64,000 nucleotides of DNA from Puccinia triticina. Its lineage: Eukaryota. The notes under the pieces were generated by a model that saw only the letters and a program-made list of their open reading frames with translations, did not search any database and was not told where the DNA came from. The DNA is taken from positions 5,146,001-5,210,000 of the forward strand of contig CP110439.1 in assembly GCA_026914245.1 (NCBI GenBank), in the 5' to 3' direction. This document shows, one piece after another, positions 23,944 through 37,284 of this stretch. Position 1 is the first letter of the stretch; the number at the start of each line of letters is the position of its first letter. The position numbers and the translations under genes were made by a program.

Positions 23944-26900
23944 GGAGTGTGCCAAAGCACACTCTGTTTGTAGTAGTGTGCCAAAGCACACTCTGTTTGT
24001 AGGAGTGTGCCAAAGCACACTCTGTTTGTAGGAGTGTGCCAAAGCACACTCTGTTTGTAGGAGTGTGCCAAAGCACACTCTGTTTGTAGGAGTGTGCCAA
24101 AGCACACTCTGTTTGTAGGAGTGTGCCAAAGCACACTCTGTTTGTAGGAGTGTGCCAAAGCACACTCTGTTTGTAGGAGTGTGCCAAAGCACACTCTGTT
24201 TGTAGGAGTGTGCCAAAGCACACTCTGTTTGTGGAAGTGTGTCAAAGCACACTCTGTTTGTAGGAGTGTGCCAAAGCACACTCTGTTTGTAGGAGTGTGC
24301 CAAAGCACACTCTGTTTGTAGGAGTGTGCCAAAGCACACTCTGTTTGTAGGAGTGTGCCAAAGCACACTCTGTTTGTAGGAGTGTGCCAAAGCACACTCT
24401 GTTTGTAGGAGTGTGCCAAAGCACACTCTGTTTGTAGGAGTGTGCCAAAGCACACTCTGTTTGTAGGAGTGTGCCAAAGCACACTCTGTTTGTAGGAGTG
24501 TGCCAAAGCACACTCTGTTTGTAGGAGTGTGCCAAAGCACACTCTGTTTGTAGGAGTGTGCCAAAGCACACTCTGTTTGTGGAAGTGTGTCAAAGCACAC
24601 TCTGTTTGTAGGAGTGTGCCAAAGCACACTCTGTTTGTAGGAGTGTGCCAAAGCACACTCTGTTTGTAGGAGTGTGCCAAAGCACACTCTGTTTGTAGGA
24701 GTGTGCCAAAGCACACTCTGTTTGTAGGAGTGTGCCAAAGCACACTCTGTTTGTAGGAGTGTGCCAAAGCACACTCTGTTTGTAGGAGTGTGCCAAAGCA
24801 CACTCTGTTTGTAGGAGTCTGCCAAAGCACACTCTGTTTGTAGGAGTGTGCCAAAGCACACTCTGTTTGTAGGAGTGTGCCAAAGCACACTCTGTTTGTA
24901 GGAGTCTGCCAAAGCACACTCTGTTTGTAGGAGTGTGCCAAAGCACACTCTGTTTGTAGGAGTGTGCCAAAGCACACTCTGTTTGTAGGAGTATGCCAAA
25001 GCACACTCTGTTTGTAGGAGTGTGCCAAAGCACACTCTGTTTGTAGGAGTGTGCCAAAGCACACTCTGTTTGTAGGAGTGTGCCAAAGCACACTCTGTTT
25101 GTAGGAGTGTGCCAAAGCACACTCTGTTTGTAGGAGTGTGCCAAAGCACACTCTGTTTGTAGGAGTGTGCCAAAGCACACTCTGTTTGTAGGAGTCTGCC
25201 AAAGCACACTCTGTTTGTAGGAGTGTGCCAAAGCACACTCTGTTTGTAGGAGTCTGCCAAAGCACACTCTGTTTGTAGGAGTCTGCCAAAGCACACTCTG
25301 TTTGTAGGAGTGTGCCAAAGCACACTCTGTTTGTAGGAGTATGCCAAAGCACACTCTGTTTGTAGGAGTGTGCCAAAGCACACTCTGTTTGTAGGAGTGT
25401 GCCAAAGCACACTCTGTTTGTAGGAGTCTGCCAAAGCACACTCTGTTTGTAGGAGTGTGCCAAAGCACACTCTGTTTGTAGGAGTGTGCCAAAGCACACT
25501 CTGTTTGTAGGAGTGTGCCAAAGCACACTCTGTTTGTAGGAGTGTGCCAAAGCACACTCTGTTTGTAGGAGTGTGCCAAAGCACACTCTGTTTGTAGGAG
25601 TGTGCCAAAGCACACTCTGTTTGTAGGAGTGTGCCAAAGCACACTCTGTTTGTAGGAGTGTGCCAAAGCACACTCTGTTTGTAGGAGTGTGCCAAAGCAC
25701 ACTCTGTTTGTAGGAGTGTGCCAAAGCACACTCTGTTTGTAGGAGTGTGCCAAAGCACACTCTGTTTGTAGGAGTGTGCCAAAGCACACTCTGTTTGTAG
25801 GAGTGTGCCAAAGCACACTCTGTTTGTAGGAGTGTGCCAAAGCACACTCTGTTTGTAGGAGTGTGCCAAAGCACACTCTGTTTGTAGGAGTGTGCCAAAG
25901 CACACTCTGTTTGTAGGAGTGTGCCAAAGCACACTCTGTTTGTAGGAGTGTGCCAAAGCACACTCTGTTTGTAGGAGTGTGCCAAAGCACACTCTGTTTG
26001 TAGGAGTGTGCCAAAGCACACTCTGTTTGTAGGAGTGTGCCAAAGCACACTCTGTTTGTAGGAGTGTGCCAAAGCACACTCTGTTTGTAGGAGTGTGCCA
26101 AAGCACACTCTGTTTGTGGAAGTGTGTCAAAGCACACTCTGTTTGTAGGAGTGTGCCAAAGCACACTCTGTTTGTAGGAGTGTGCCAAAGCACACTCTGT
26201 TTGTAGGAGTGTGCCAAAGCACACTCTGTTTGTAGGAGTGTGCCAAAGCACACTCTGTTTGTAGGAGTGTGCCAAAGCACACTCTGTTTGTAGGAGTATG
26301 CCAAAGCACACTCTGTTTGTAGGAGTGTGCCAAAGCACACTCTGTTTGTAGGAGTGTGCCAAAGCACACTCTGTTTGTAGGAGTGTGCCAAAGCACACTC
26401 TGTTTGTAGGAGTGTGCCAAAGCACACTCTGTTTGTAGGAGTGTGCCAAAGCACACTCTGTTTGTAGGAGTGTGCCAAAGCACACTCTGTTTGTAGGAGT
26501 CTGCCAAAGCACACTCTGTTTGTAGGAGTGTGCCAAAGCACACTCTGTTTGTAGGAGTCTGCCAAAGCACACTCTGTTTGTAGGAGTCTGCCAAAGCACA
26601 CTCTGTTTGTAGGAGTGTGCCAAAGCACACTCTGTTTGTAGGAGTATGCCAAAGCACACTCTGTTTGTAGGAGTGTGCCAAAGCACACTCTGTTTGTAGG
26701 AGTGTGCCAAAGCACACTCTGTTTGTAGGAGTCTGCCAAAGCACACTCTGTTTGTAGGAGTGTGCCAAAGCACACTCTGTTTGTAGGAGTGTGCCAAAGC
26801 ACACTCTGTTTGTAGGAGTGTGCCAAAGCACACTCTGTTTGTAGGAGTGTGCCAAAGCACACTCTGTTTGTAGGAGTGTGCCAAAGCACACTCTGTTTGT

Positions 26901-27544
26901 AGGAGTGTGCCAAAGCACACTCTGTTTGTAGGAGTGTGCCAAAGCACACTCTGTTTGTAGGAGTGTGCCAAAGCACACTCTGTTTGTAGGAGTGTGCCAA
27001 AGCACACTCTGTTTGTAGGAGTGTGCCAAAGCACACTCTGTTTGTAGGAGTGTGCCAAAGCACACTCTGTTTGTAGGAGTGTGCCAAAGCACACTCTGTT
27101 TGTAGGAGTGTGCCAAAGCACACTCTGTTTGTAGGAGTGTGCCAAAGCACACTCTGTTTGTAGGAGTGTGCCAAAGCACACTCTGTTTGTAGGAGTGTGC
27201 CAAAGCACACTCTGTTTGTAGGAGTCTGCCAAAGCACACTCTGTTTGTAGGAGTGTGCCAAAGCACACTCTGTTTGTAGGAGTATGCCAAAGCACACTCT
27301 GTTTGTAGGAGTGTGCCAAAGCACACTCTGTTTGTAGGAGTGTGCCAAAGCACACTCTGTTTGTAGGAGTGTGCTTTGGCACACTCTGTTTGTAGGAGTG
27401 TGCTTTGGCACACTCTGTTTGTAGGAGTGTGCCAAAGCACACTCTGTTTGTAGGAGTGTGCCAAAGCACACTCTGTTTGTAGGAGTGTGCCAAAGCACAC
27501 TCTATTATAGGAGTGTGCCAAATGCCAAATCACACTCCATTATA
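23944..27544. repeat. 29-bp minisatellite, 123 in-register units plus a degenerate tail
   Basis: Unit GGAGTGTGCCAAAGCACACTCTGTTTGTA; first unit at 23944, last at 27482 (122 x 29 bp apart, no net indel); partial unit resumes at 30071 beyond the hAT insertion. Confidence 0.99.
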
Positions 27545-30062
27545 TAGAGATGGGCGCACGTAACCCGTTGCGGCTATCCGCTATCCGCTGGCAGGTACCC
27601 GCCAGAGGCCCTTGGGTACCCGCCAGCGGATGCGGATGTCTGAGATTCCGGCAGAATCCAGCAGATACCCGTGTATTTCAGCGGGCATCCGATCTCCCTA
27701 GGGGATGCGAGCCGCAGCTGCACAGAATCACTGCAAGGGCTTACCCTTGGCCCCACACCCCCGGCTCCCCCTTGGCCCCGTACCCCAACATACATGTCCT
27801 CCGCCCCTCTAAGACCAAACACCATCATATCCGCCAACCATCACCATATCCTCCAACCACCACCACACTATGAATCAACGCAAGAGGCACCAACAAACGA
27901 TTTCACAGACACCATCACCAGAGGTCCGCAACCCAACCACCATTGAATCCCACAATGATTGCAAAGATTGTGAATCATCGGCACCTGCCAGAACTGATTC
28001 CACCAACAAGCAACGTCTTCGTAAGTACTCCTCCTCTTGGTAGTGATTCATCATCCCACCCCTGACCATTTTCATCGTAGATCATGCACAGAGACTTGCC
28101 CAAAACCAAGTCAGTTCTGCCTACTCTTCCTACCAGCCACCTAGGCTTTCCACTCAGCTGGATAAATTCAAACAGCACATGATTGCATGGAAATGTAAGA
28201 CGTAAGTATCTATTTTTCATTATAGTATCTTATCTTAATGATGAAATACATGAATGCTAATTGAAGGTGTGAAACTCTCAGATGTTCTACAACTATCAAT
28301 TGGCCGACTTACAAATCATCATGCAGTAATCTTCTCACACATGCGGGTCAATGTCTGAGGAAGCAGCAAGTACCCTTGAATAACAGGACACTTGCATCAC
28401 TTGGTATATCTGGCACAGGGGAAATCAACCCAAGGGAGGTGGGTGTTTTTTAATCTTGAATCCCGTTTTTTCACTCATCTTGTGACCTTGTCTGAATTGT
28501 TGAATCTCTGTAGGTTACACAAAGATGTGCTATTTGGTGCGCAGAGGGCGCCAAACCCTTTTTGGCCTTGGAAGACCAAAGCCTCAAGCAAGTTCTACAT
28601 CCGACAATCCTCAAGTCCCTCCCAAATTGAAAGACAGTTGCAAACACCATCCACTTCCTTTATTTAGCAGTTCAGGAGAAATTATGTAAGGAATTGAAGG
28701 TGCGTCTGTGGATTTTTAATTTCAATTAGGAAGTATATCTTGATATCTAATTTAAATCATTTAGGGTGTTCGAAGTTGACTTGCATAAAATCATAACACC
28801 ATAAAATCATGAAATTCTAAGCTGAAAAAAATATGTTGCACCCAAGCACTCAAATTAGAGCAACATTTCTAGAATGATACATATGAAATCATCACTTGAA
28901 AGTGTTATGATTTTATGATTTTATGATTTTATGATTTTATGATTTTATGCATTGAAAATTTTATGATTTCAACTTTGAACACCTTAATTCTATTCAGAAA
29001 CAAGAGGGCGCGATGTACTTAGGTGTTGACGCTTGGCAGACTCCGAATGGTTTTGACATCATTGGCGCAGTAATATACCGACTTTCAATTGATGGCACCG
29101 GTAATATTGGATTAGATGCCTCTCCCCTTGACTTTGTTCAGCTTAAAGAGTGGCACACAGGTGCATACTTGGCTCGCATGGTTCAGTATATTGTCAAGAA
29201 GTTTGGCTTGGCAGATTGGGTGCAAGCCTTCTTTTTCCATTTCTTAAATCTTCTCTCTATCTTGCTGACCTCATAACAATCTCACTCTCCATAGATCTTT
29301 GGGATCGTCTCTGACAACGCCGCGAACAAAAGGACTATGATTGGTGAGTTGGAAAAACTCAATTGGAAGCATTTCAAAGGGGAGACGCAGTGGATACGGT
29401 GCTTTGCACATATCCTTAATCTTATTGTCAAGGCCGTACTTTGACCGTTTTCACGCAACACAAAAAACACACAAGGCATCTCGGCACCTTCCAAGCTTGA
29501 AGATTCAGACAATGAAGAATAAGCATGTCAACTCATTGACAGGTAAGCCTACATATGCATATTTGTGAAATTATACGGAATGATCTGATGATTGCCTCTG
29601 CAGTTTGGAAGGAGACACAAACTCCACCCAAAATCAGTAGGTCGAGGTATGGCCTTGTTGTTCTACTCAAAGAACAACAAGATTCCGCCTCTCACTCTTC
29701 ACCATTACTTAGAAAAATGCCAGAATAGGTTGAAGTCAACAAAGAAGGGAACTGTGCTGACAGTGGAGTGATGTGCTGTCAGCACAGTTATTTTATATGT
29801 CAATACATGTTTTATCTCATTATTTATCATGTTTTGAGGTGCAGGTATCCGCAGACACCCGCACGGCGGTTATCTTTTTTTTTCTGTTATTCAAATGAAT
29901 ATTTTGTCTCTTGAGCACCTTTTGAGGGGCGGGTATCCAAAGATACCCGCGCGGGTACCCGCTGTGGGATGCGGATGCGGATGTGGATGCCAGGAAATGG
30001 ATAAAATTGACCGCGGGTATCCAAACACACGCAGGTACCCGGATGTGTGGCGCCCATCTCTA
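27545..30062 (+). mobile_element. Internally deleted hAT transposon with transposase fragments
   Basis: TIR TAGAGATGGGCGC; 8-bp TSD CCATTATA at 27537-27544 and 30063-30070; YLGVDAWQTPN, HTGAYLA, SDNAAN, RCFAHILNL at 29013-29450. Confidence 0.93.
28764..28984. mobile_element. Tourist/PIF-Harbinger-like MITE nested in the hAT element
   Basis: TIR GGGTGTTCGAAGTTGA / TCAACTTTGAACACCT; TTA/TAA flanks; internal (TTTTATGA)n. Confidence 0.75.
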
Positions 30063-30377
30063 CCATTATAGGAGTGTGCCAAAGCAAGCTCACAGAAGTC
30101 CACCCTCTCCCAGCTCACTGAAGATGTCCAAAGAAGCTCAAGCAGAAACATCACCCACAACCCCCACACCATTGGCCCAAGAATTCTCTGCCCCTACTCA
30201 CCCAACCCATCCATCCAGGTGGCCGGCGGCTACAAAAGTATTCCTGATAACAATGAGGCATACATCCACAGGCTCTACCTCTCCAGCGTTCTGCAAGGCG
30301 TTTTGCACATCCCTTGCCAGTGCACTGAGATTGAACCTGGATATGCTGATCCCAAACCTGTCCCACACAGCAACAAG

Positions 30378-30820
30378 GGGCCTTTACTTTACAGTTATTG
30401 GTAAAGTAAAGATATACTAGATGTTTTTGGCTCAATACTATAACAGATAGCACTCCAATCAATATTACTATAACACATATTTGATTTTTTAATTTTTTTA
30501 TACAAGTACAGTATCAGTTAAAGTAATTTGTTTTGTTTTGTTGATGGGAGCTTGCAAAAGGCTCCTTATAACCACAAAAATGCATTTGTACCTAGTTTTG
30601 CCCCTTTTTATTTCAATAAGCAGGGGTGAAAATACATTTAAACCCGCTTTTACCCCTGGTTATTGAAATACCTAGGGTTGAAACATGTTTAATAGGGCTC
30701 TCTACTATATCAGCCCATTGGAAAAAAATCCTTTACTATAACCAGTAAAGTACCGGAGATGATAAAAACATCTATACTCTACTGGAAGGGCCTGGTTATA
30801 GTAAAGTATAGTAAAGGCCC
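30378..30820. mobile_element. MITE-like element
   Basis: Inverted ends GGGCCTTTACTTTAC / GTATAGTAAAGGCCC; AT-rich interior; no clear TSD. Confidence 0.55.
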
Positions 30821-31485
30821 ACCTTTGCACACAGCGAACTTACTTCATTCGCCAATCAACCCTTGAGAGCAACCAGAGCTTGGCACTGGAGGCCTGCCAG
30901 TTCCTACTGGTGTTCCTGGAAGACATCCAGTTGAAGGACTATATGGCTGGCTAGCACAAGAATATTTTACCCGTGCTGCTTCAAGGGATGGTCTTCTCCA
31001 ATGAAAAACTGTTGATTCTAGACCAAGACAATCAGGATGATGCCCTGCCTGACCAAGAAGGCTTCTACGGCTCCAAAAATTCCCACAGCCAGCTCAAAGA
31101 CCACACCTCCCCCACCTTGGACTCTAACACTCAGCAGAAACAGGAATGTGCCAGTACTCAGTGCAACAACATTTCAACAAAATTCTATTGTGAGAAGATC
31201 ACTACTCTGTGATACCTTCCAAAGATGTTCCACAACTGCTGCTGTTTTATCACCAATTATGTGCTCCAAAAGGCCTTCAACAATCTTGGGGATGCCAGAG
31301 AAAAATTCCATCAGGAGAAGATCACTACTCTGTGATACCTTCCGAAGATGTTCCACAACTGCTTCTGTCAAGATGAAAGCATGTTGCCTGATACGAATTA
31401 GCAATATGCCTCCCTCTTACACAAATTGGGGCTTGAATGGTTACCAACACTGGGTTTCCGCAAAGTAAAGACCTCTTCAGCACTC

Positions 31486-31790
31486 TGCAATGAGCCTGAT
31501 GTGATCTGGCTAGTCTGCGTGTGCGTCAGTCTTTCCTTCCGCAAGCAAATAAGAATGTTTAGGGTGATAAAAAAACTCTCTGTGTTGTAGCAATCACAAA
31601 ATCTCTGCAAGTAAGTCTATAACTACAATAATACCGTAAGATCCGTAGTATTAGTAAGATAGTAAGATAGATCATGAAGAAGTGAGATAAAAGCCACCCC
31701 AAAAGGTCCCTGGTTCTCCACTCCCTCCATCCGCACAACTCTGCTCCCAGCCAATGTCGCCCGCATCCTTCCTTTCCCGCACTTGTCACA
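31486..31790. mobile_element. Solo-LTR-like insertion
   Basis: TG...TGTCACA ends; flanking direct repeat CTCTG; left boundary ambiguous by 2 nt. Confidence 0.4.
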
Positions 31791-32038
31791 CTCTGTATGC
31801 ATCACTTTTCAGCCTGGCACATCTCCAACACCTGCTCTCCCGCACCCTCTGACTAGCCTCCAACCCCAGTCTCTACTTGGCGCATCTGCTTTGATGCCAG
31901 CCGCTTCTGCTGTCCCAGTTCACCTGGTGCCGGTCCGCACTATTCAGTCCGTCCGTGAGTCCCGCCATAGTCCTACTCTGACTCTTCTGCTAAGTTCGCT
32001 TGCCCAGAGTGTGGCTCAAACCCCGGTTCCCTTATCCC

Positions 32039-32735
32039 CGTGACAAGTCCCCAGTCCCGCAGCTTCCCTATTTGCCGACTTTCCGTGTGCTTTCTAAGCA
32101 GTAAATTGGTTTCACTTAGCCTACATATGAGAAGCATAAGCACACATGCTTATCCTCTTGTTTGGATATGTATACTAAGCATTTTCTCAGCTGCCCCACT
32201 GCCCTCCTGCACGTTGTGGTGTCCCATTTGGTTGTCCACTAGTCAGAAGCATCGCCACCGCAGCCAGCAAGATTAGTCTCAATTTTCAATTCACCAGCTC
32301 TAAGTTTAAGATTCACTCTTCAAAATCCACCCAGCTCAACTCAAACCTCAAGCTTTCACTCATCAAGAACCTCAAGAACTCCTTCCTCAAGATGCCAGAT
32401 TCAAGAATCCACACCTCAAGCCTTCAATCATCAGAACCTCGAGATTCCCAGCCTCTCAAGCCCCCATTCCACTTCTCAATTTCTCTCATCTTCCTCCTTT
32501 CCCCCCCTTCCTTCTTCATTTTCCTGGTTGTTGTTCTTTGTTTCCTTTCTCAGTTTTATTTTCTCCTGTCCTCCCTTTTTTGTTTTTTTTATTTCTCCTC
32601 TTGCGCGTGTTGGTGTGGTTCAGAGTGGAGGGTTTGTTTTATCAGGTTTTGTGGTTTGTTTCTTGTTTTTTCTTGTGTTTGTGTTCTGTTTTGGTTGTGT
32701 GTGCGGACGTGATGACAGGTTTGCCACATGTCACA
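32039..32735. mobile_element. Probable solo LTR
   Basis: (C)GTGACA...TGTCACA inverted termini; near-TSD ATCCC/AACCC. Confidence 0.45.
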
Positions 32736-34186
32736 AACCCCAGACTCCAAGTTCAACTCAAACTTGGAGGATGGGGCAGCATGGCCGGACCTTCTCTGAT
32801 CCACGAGAAATTCCATCAACCCTTTTCTGATCCTCTGGCAGTATCCCCAGCATTATCCTGATCCCTTATCATCATCTGATCCTCAACAAAACAACCACCA
32901 CTGACGGTATTCCATCCCCGTTGTCTCTGAAAAATCCCCCCCCCCCCAACGCTATCACTTTCTGATCCTCATCTCATTTGCTGGACCACCACAAGGGCAG
33001 CCTCAACAGCACCCATCCCCTTGACGCTCTGCCTACCACCTGGCACGGTAGGAGTTCCACAACATGCTGCTTTGAGCGGACATTCTATGCCACTAACCCC
33101 ATATAAATTGCCACACCACGGTGTTATCACCAATTATGTGCTCCAAAAGGCATTCGACAATCTTGGGGATTCCAGAAATCTCAGACCCAAGGATCAGTGC
33201 CATGTACACTATCACAAACACACCTGAATCCTTTACAAGAATCAGATTGCTGAAATCTTGGACGTGCAGGAACAGATCAGCCCTGACCTGTTTCATGCCC
33301 ATTGGCATATCTCACTGAGAATTTCACCCTTTTCCCAAATTGTGTTTGGCAATTTTTTGTTTGGGGTTGGAATTTAATTTTGGGAGTTGGAAATTAAATT
33401 TTGGGAATCAGAGATGTAATTTTGGGAGTTGGAATTTAAAATTTGGGAGTTGTAGCTAATTCATGTTCTCATTGCCTCTTCTTCTTATTCAGAGCTTGTG
33501 CCCTGACTTTAAACACCCAAATGGAGGCATCCATCCAGCAATTGACATGATCAAAGAAAAGCTCCTGGCAATGAATCCTGTGCAGCTGGACATCAAATTG
33601 GCTGCAATCAACCGGATTATTGAAGGCACAGGTGCTGTTATCAACATCAAGCTTCCAACTGAACCACAAAAAACCCCCGGGAGACCCAAAGGAGCAACGA
33701 AGAAACCAAAAACCAGGTGCAGGGAACCATTGGCTTTTGAACATGTCAAGAAGAAGCGTAAAACTGAAGAGAAGCAAGTCAAGAAAGCAAAAAAGCAAAA
33801 AAGCAGAAAGTTGAAGAGTGGAAGGCCACAGAGAAGACAAAGAAACCGGTGCTCAAAAAGAAGAACCATGTAAGAAGAGGGTCCTCTCTGAGCACAAAGG
33901 AAGACCAACTCCACCAAAAATGTACAAAGAAGTCTCAGCAGCAGAAGAAGAGGAAGAACAGTACTGCATTGGAATACTCAGAAAAGGAAGATGCTTCATG
34001 AGAGTAAAAGCCGATTCCAAAGATGAAATTCTGCTTAATCAATACTGCCAACCGCCTCCCTCCTTTTCCTCTTGCAGAAGAGCAAGAAAAACCAAAGAAG
34101 AACATTCGCCCCATCAGGAAAATTTGAAAGACTGCCAGCCATGCCCATCCTTCACCGCCAGATGTTTCCAACCAACCCCCAGTCGC

Positions 34187-34850
34187 TGAAAGCATACAAC
34201 CACCCCAACTGTCAGCCCTCAACTACCCTCACGGGTGCGCGAGGGGCTAACACCCACTATTAAGTAACCCAAATAGCACAGTCAACACGCGCTCCAAAGA
34301 TAAGAGAGAGCGCCCAAGACAACGGAGAAAGGTAAATTAGCATATAGTGATGACCTAGTATATACAAACATCCATACAATGTTAGTCCAATAGAGGTTCC
34401 CCTTATAGCATAGCTTGAGAAAGCCAGACTTCTCACCTGCGGAGTTCATACAACCCGCGAAAGGCTAAACCGTTCATATATAATCCTAGAATCCAAGTGT
34501 TGAGAAGACCTTTGTCTCTTCAGATTTCCAGATACCAAGCCCACCAACATTGTAGTCAACTTACGTTACAAGTAGTCTACAATTGGTGCTTATCTATACC
34601 AAGATCCTTATTTTGTTTCTACTTCTATCAACCTTCTTCCCTTACGACCTAGACTCCTCATTCCCCTTCCATCAGTCCTATCCCGCCTCTCCTCCATCGT
34701 ATCCGTACCCCTCGCCAACTTCATTAAGACTGAGTAAGTAGTTCATCTTCAGATCCGTAATCAAATACCCCAGAGAACCCCTTTCCCAGTGGTCTGCCAG
34801 ACCTGGTAGCATTCACTCTACCAGCCTCCCGTGCCACGGGGCGGTTTTCA
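34187..34850. mobile_element. Possible solo LTR
   Basis: TGAAA...TTTCA termini and a TATA-like motif; no matching TSD. Confidence 0.3.
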
Positions 34851-35029
34851 TCTCTGTATATCCTCACTTTTGGTACTTGTAAAATTACTTTCCATTTGAT
34901 GGATTACCACAGAAGAGGTACCTGCCAACACCAACAGCCTGCCGGTGAGCCTCCAGAAGATCCATCATTCATTCTGCCCCCCCCCCCCATTTTAATTCAG
35001 TGAAATGTCTTGGAGGTCTTAAACGTCAA

Positions 35030-36027
35030 TGTCAACCCTTGAGACATTAATATGTCCAGAAGGGTTTCAAAAACCAAACCATAGAGCAAGAATAAGCGCA
35101 GAGCGGGCGCTCAAAGAGATTATGAATAAAATCAAATATTGAATATGTTCTGTTAAACTAATTGTAACAAAATTGTAAAAACCTTAAAAAGATAAACAAC
35201 AGAAATAAGACTGAAAATATCCAAAGCTGTAAGATGATGAACTCATCACCGAGTTCAGCAATGAGAGAACGTTGAGAGACTCCTTCAACTAGACAGAGGA
35301 GCGATTCTTTTCCCCGCTCCTCAGAGAAAACAAGATCATTATTATTATTCCATCCTCGTGATAGATATCCGAATTCGGTAAGAATACTGCTTAGATTTCT
35401 TTCTACGATAAGACTACATTAGTACTCTACCGTTAGACCATTCTAACTAGTATTCGCATTGAATACCTTTATCATTCTATGAGAAGAAGTTAATAACTGA
35501 ACTGTTATCTTTCGATTGATCTTATAGATCTTAATTCGTTATTTAACCGTACTCGTTAGAGATATCGCTGAGGTATACCTTGGAAGTCAACTTTCTAAAA
35601 AAATATTTAGAAGCATTTATTCTTATTGCTTCTTAGACTTCGAACTTCTATCCTACCCTATCTTATCCCTATTTATAAATCTTCAATACATATAAATCTT
35701 TATTATCACTGCTGGGTTTATTGGTAATAACCCAACCGCGTTCTTTAACCAGAAGAAAACCAATTACTTCTCACAAATATCTGAGAACATACCTCCGATA
35801 GCTTCTCTATCTGGAGAGGCTAGGCTAGTCCAGCTTAATCAGTCTAACATAGACTAGCAAAAGAAAATTATAACTATAATATTTAAGTCGAAGAATTGAG
35901 ATTAATCAAAACATATCTTTCTATTCTCACTTTTCTTGTTCTATTCCTTGTATTTAGTCTATAGTAATATATCTTATTACTATACATTTTGTCTAGCCAG
36001 CTCTCTACGTGAGAGCACCCGCTGACA
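35030..36027. mobile_element. Solo LTR, 998 bp
   Basis: TGTCA...TGACA termini; perfect 5-bp TSD GTCAA at 35025-35029 and 36028-36032. Confidence 0.85.
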
Positions 36028-37284
36028 GTCAAGGCAGATGGACACTGTGGATTTAGAGCGGTTGCTTGGGCTTTGGGACACGGGCAGGGAAAGTATATGC
36101 AGATCCAGGGAGAAATAATTGCTGAACTCAACAACCACCATCAATGGTATATCAACAAAAAAAATCACAATATCAACAGTGGATTAAATCAACTTACTGT
36201 GACTCTAGGAAGCATGGTTTATAGGATTAAGTGGATTTCTTTGCTGACAATGGGAAATGTGATGGCCAATTCATTCAAGACACTGGTATTTTTCTTCTCA
36301 AACATACTTTCCTTATTTCCCCCCCCCCCCCCCTCCCCAAAAATAACTCACCCATCTTCCTTGCTCTTGTCAACAATCACTTTTTTCCCCTTGTTCTCCA
36401 AACTACTGTCCTCTTTCCTGCTCCCAGCTACTATGTAAGGATTGGGATGGAAGAGCTACTCCTGATGATCTGCGATGGGAGCAAAGCTATTTGACTTGTT
36501 TTGATTGTACTGGAGTGAGGAAATTCTTGCAGCATGTTACACATTACTAGTTGTATTCAATTTTTATCTCTTTTTTGGTTATTTTTCTTTCTCTTGTGTT
36601 GTTCTCTTTGCCCCTCATCCATGAATATTACTACTTTTCTCACTATCCATTCTTTTACTTTCCATTCCTCAAAAATAATTTCTGTAAGTAGGGTACTGCC
36701 CAGCAGATTACCATTACAAGAGTAGTAATTAAATTCTGCGCTGTGAAATTTTTGGGCACTGTGGCCAAGGTTTTGGTGGATTTGCTACAAAGTAAATCTG
36801 CCAAATAGGACCCACTGTGCACACCCCAGAAATGAGGTGTTCTAATGCTGTGCGGTTCACCATGTGCTCTTGAGGAGGCTTTCTGCCCACTGTAAAGGTT
36901 TGGTGGGCTTGGGCACCCCAATGAGAAGTTATAATTTTCATTTATTTTTGTAAGTTTTGGCAAATTTACATGGCCAACTCCCATTCTATGTGGTGGAATT
37001 ACATTCCAACTCCCTAGAGAATGTCAAAACGGACCCGGGTATAAATTACACCGCCGGTACCCGCGTGTTTTTTCCCAAAAACAGGCACCCGGCACCGCCT
37101 GGCGGGTACCAGCGGTCTTTTTGGCGGGTACCGCGGGTACCGACTGGGTTTTTATTCCATCAATGCTTGCGCACAAGTCCGCAGGGACTTCTGGATCACT
37201 TGAAAAAAAAAAAATGTCATTTCTATCACTTATATAGGGAAAATAATATATAGCTAATTTTTTTTTTAAAAACATTTGCTAAGA

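Larger units (their letters stand above)
31170..33873 (+). pseudogene. Fragmented MULE/FAR1-like transposase C-terminus, interrupted by LTR-like inserts
   Basis: ITNYVLQKAF.NLG at ~31250 and ~33125; TPGRPKG..KTRCREPLAFEHVKKK resembles fungal MULE transposase tails. Confidence 0.45.

Noticed and set aside
23944..27510. CRISPR array (palindromic ~29-bp repeat)
   Set aside because: No unique spacers, no cas genes, and a eukaryotic context.
16120..27510. Functional link between SCM3 and the satellite as a centromere
   Set aside because: Proximity only; the array is short and intact genes are interspersed. CenH3 ChIP would be needed.
23864..27533. ORFs of 468-1190 aa on the minus strand
   Set aside because: All three frames give the same 29-aa period because a stop-free 29-bp unit is repeated; there are no unique flanking domains, and one variant introduces TGA. 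Treated as a repeat artefact.
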